NCBI GenBank assembly: GCA_052327205.1
Contig: CM126207.1
Location: 24,490,001 to 24,554,000, forward strand
Source: Somniosus microcephalus
Taxonomy: Eukaryota
Length of the DNA: 64,000 nt
Direction: 5' to 3'
This document shows positions 61,501 through 64,000 of this stretch, in pieces. The notes under the pieces are model-generated. The model searched no databases and was not told the DNA's origin. It worked only from the letters and a program-made list of their open reading frames with translations. Each line of letters begins with the position of its first letter. Positions within the stretch are counted from its first letter, which is position 1. The position numbers and the translations under genes are program-made.

Positions 61501-64000
61501 TAGGGTTTACTCCGAGAAAGAATGGAAATAAGCAACACCGAGGCCGTTTGAGCATTTAAAAATAAATGTACATCACCAGAAATTGATAATTGGTATTTAG
61601 TTACACTATAATTCTCACCTTAGACTCAAAATGGGCAAGGTGATGATAAAACGGTTCGGAGAGATGTTTCACCTACTACATTAATTGAACAAGATTAAAT
61701 TAGACAATTGAAGTCTGGTTTAAGTTCTGCTTCCCCTTCCCTTCACACATCATACGCCAGTATAAGTTACCCTTTTATAAGATATGCAAAGAATAAAACG
61801 ATATCATGACTTGGGTGTAATACTATATGTGTTCACAAACGCTGGGACAATCCGAGGGGCCTCTCTCCCGCTGTTTAAATACATCAAGATTCTGTTCCTT
61901 CTGCATCTTGAAGTGACCTTCGTTCTCCTCTGTGCAAAAGAAAAATCATTAGTTAATCGTTACACAGACGTGCCTGTTGTATAAATAATTAAAACAGCTA
62001 GTTGCTAGAATATGACGCCCTTTTATTAAGCAAAGTTGGTCCTCCGACAAAGAATGAACTGCACAGAACTTTGGATTTCCTCACCTCTTTAAGAGCCCCG
62101 CCCGCAAAGTGCAGAATATTTGATACAGGTCATAACTGCATTCGAAACATTTGAGGGCTTCATTTTGTTTCTGACAAATCGTTTTTTTAAAAATTAACAA
62201 TTTGATGCAGGTGTTACATATGAGCAGCAACGCCCCAGAACCGACAATTTCAGAATCGGTAGTCAAATGTTTCATATTGTTGTGCCATCAATCGGCTTTC
62301 AATAGTGTGACAAGTATGTATTTTCTTAAAGTATCAAATTTAATACGTCTGGTGAACATGGATGGTGGCTATAACTCTCTCAGTAGGAAGTCTTCGCTTT
62401 TAGGTCGTCGTGGTGTAAACTTTTAACAACAGGAACATTGAAATATTCACGAGATTACTCAATGAGGTAACTTCCTCCCGAAGTATGTTTATCAGGGGCT
62501 GGGGTGAGGGGCTACACCTTTAGATATGCTCATGGGAATTTTTAACGTATGACGTAGATTGTTTCCTGCACTTCTGCTTAAAAAACTCTGAAGTTTTGCT
62601 TTTTTTAAAAAAAAAACGCAAAGGTTTTGACGATATAGGCAAACTTTTAGTACAAATATTTGAACAAACGTGTAACGAAATAATTCGTTTGTGTTCGTTA
62701 AAGACGCTGCGAAATTGTTAATCAAACAGAAACTTCTGGCTCTCGCCAGTTCGCTTTTATAATTCCGAATAAAATTATTGCAGGACTTTGCAGGTAAGTG
62801 GGTTTTGTTAAGGTGATAACTCCAGATAATCTCTACAATGACACTGTAAATATCCAGATTTAATTCGTTCGGCAACGTAATTAATCAACGACAGGTGATG
62901 ACGACAAAGTACATTTACAATATTGATTTTGTGAGCTAAACTGACTGTAACTAAAATAAGTATGGTTTATTCAATCTACAGCAAATGAAATGCAACAAAA
63001 ATCGTACTATTCATATTAAGATATTATATGTATATTTTGCAAATGAACCCTGTTCTCAATAATTGCCTTTAAATTACCAAATTATTTTGGGGAGAATATT
63101 ACAGATAAGCATTGCAAATAAATTAAATTAGATTTAACTTATTATCTAAACGATCGTATCATCTAAGTATAATTTTCTTCTTCGTATTAATATTCGATAC
63201 ACAATGAGTTGTCTTATTAAAATGACACTTTTTTTGCCAATTTAATATTCGGACGATTTTAATTGCATAAATCCTATAACTGACGTTTTCAGGTTTAATG
63301 CGATGAATTCATAATTAATTGCTAGATTTTTATATGGGTGGATTGATAAATATACATGCAGGTATGCAAATATGTATTACAACATATTCTACAGCATTTC
63401 TTGCACTGTTTTACTTGATCAAAATAACTTTAGCTGATTTGTAATATTCTATTATTTCTGAATACTTTGACTGTATAACAGGCTTTATAAAAAGTTTTAA
63501 CATGGCATACAAATGATGCAGGCCGACATGTTTTGGTGCCTATTCGTCCATGTGTTACAGAGAGGTAGTCATCAGAACTGGCCTCTTGTGTTGTATACGT
63601 ACCCTGGGCGATATTGGTGCCGTATCAAAGGCAGCACGGTGGAAACAGGTGCGATGTAAAGAGGTCGAAATAATACTTGCACCGTCGCCCTCACCTCATG
63701 CAAGATGTGCAAGAGATGAACAGCTTGTTCCTGTTTTAAAATAGCTCACATTGGTTTATCTGCACTAATTCACACGTCAGTTACACAGTGTGTTGTGTAA
63801 AGTGAAACTACTGTTCCAGATACATAAATTCATCTTTGCGCACTTTACGAGGCATCATACAGTTTGGGTCATTTTGTGGTCTCCCGCAGAAAAGACATTA
63901 TGTCTCCCATATTTACATACTTTCTAATATTTGTCAAACAATCATAAATTATAAATTAATGAAATGTTGTGTGGTCTTTGGAGATCCGACTAATGAAGAC

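Noticed and set aside
47000-64000. Many short ORFs (60-136 aa) as genes
   Set aside because: AT-rich random-like translations with no recognisable domains or consistent exon structure.

Overview
Vertebrate genomic DNA; the repeat families and the long ancestral-type Zic4 suggest a cartilaginous fish (inference). The window has two zones. (1) 1 to ~17 kb is dense with nested transposable elements: a fairly young Gypsy LTR retrotransposon inside a near full-length CR1 LINE, a 1.5-kb solo LTR inside a DeuSINE-type SINE, a hAT element hosting a SINE and a Harbinger-type MITE, and several LINE 3' fragments. (2) ~17.5-64 kb is CpG-richer, has no interspersed repeats I can recognise, and holds the head-to-head pair Zic1 (minus strand, 3 coding exons, 445 aa) and Zic4 (plus strand, 2 coding exons, 532 aa). 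Most striking: a 255-bp tract encoding most of zinc fingers 1-3 is 251/255 identical at DNA level between Zic1 and Zic4, while adjacent protein-identical segments are heavily diverged at synonymous sites. This points to gene conversion across a 14.3-kb-spaced inverted repeat. Second: the Gypsy element has no tRNA-type primer site; the 13 nt after its LTR are perfectly complementary to a segment inside the LTR (candidate self-priming), and its RT motif is YLDN. All alignments and counts were done by eye; no database search was run.
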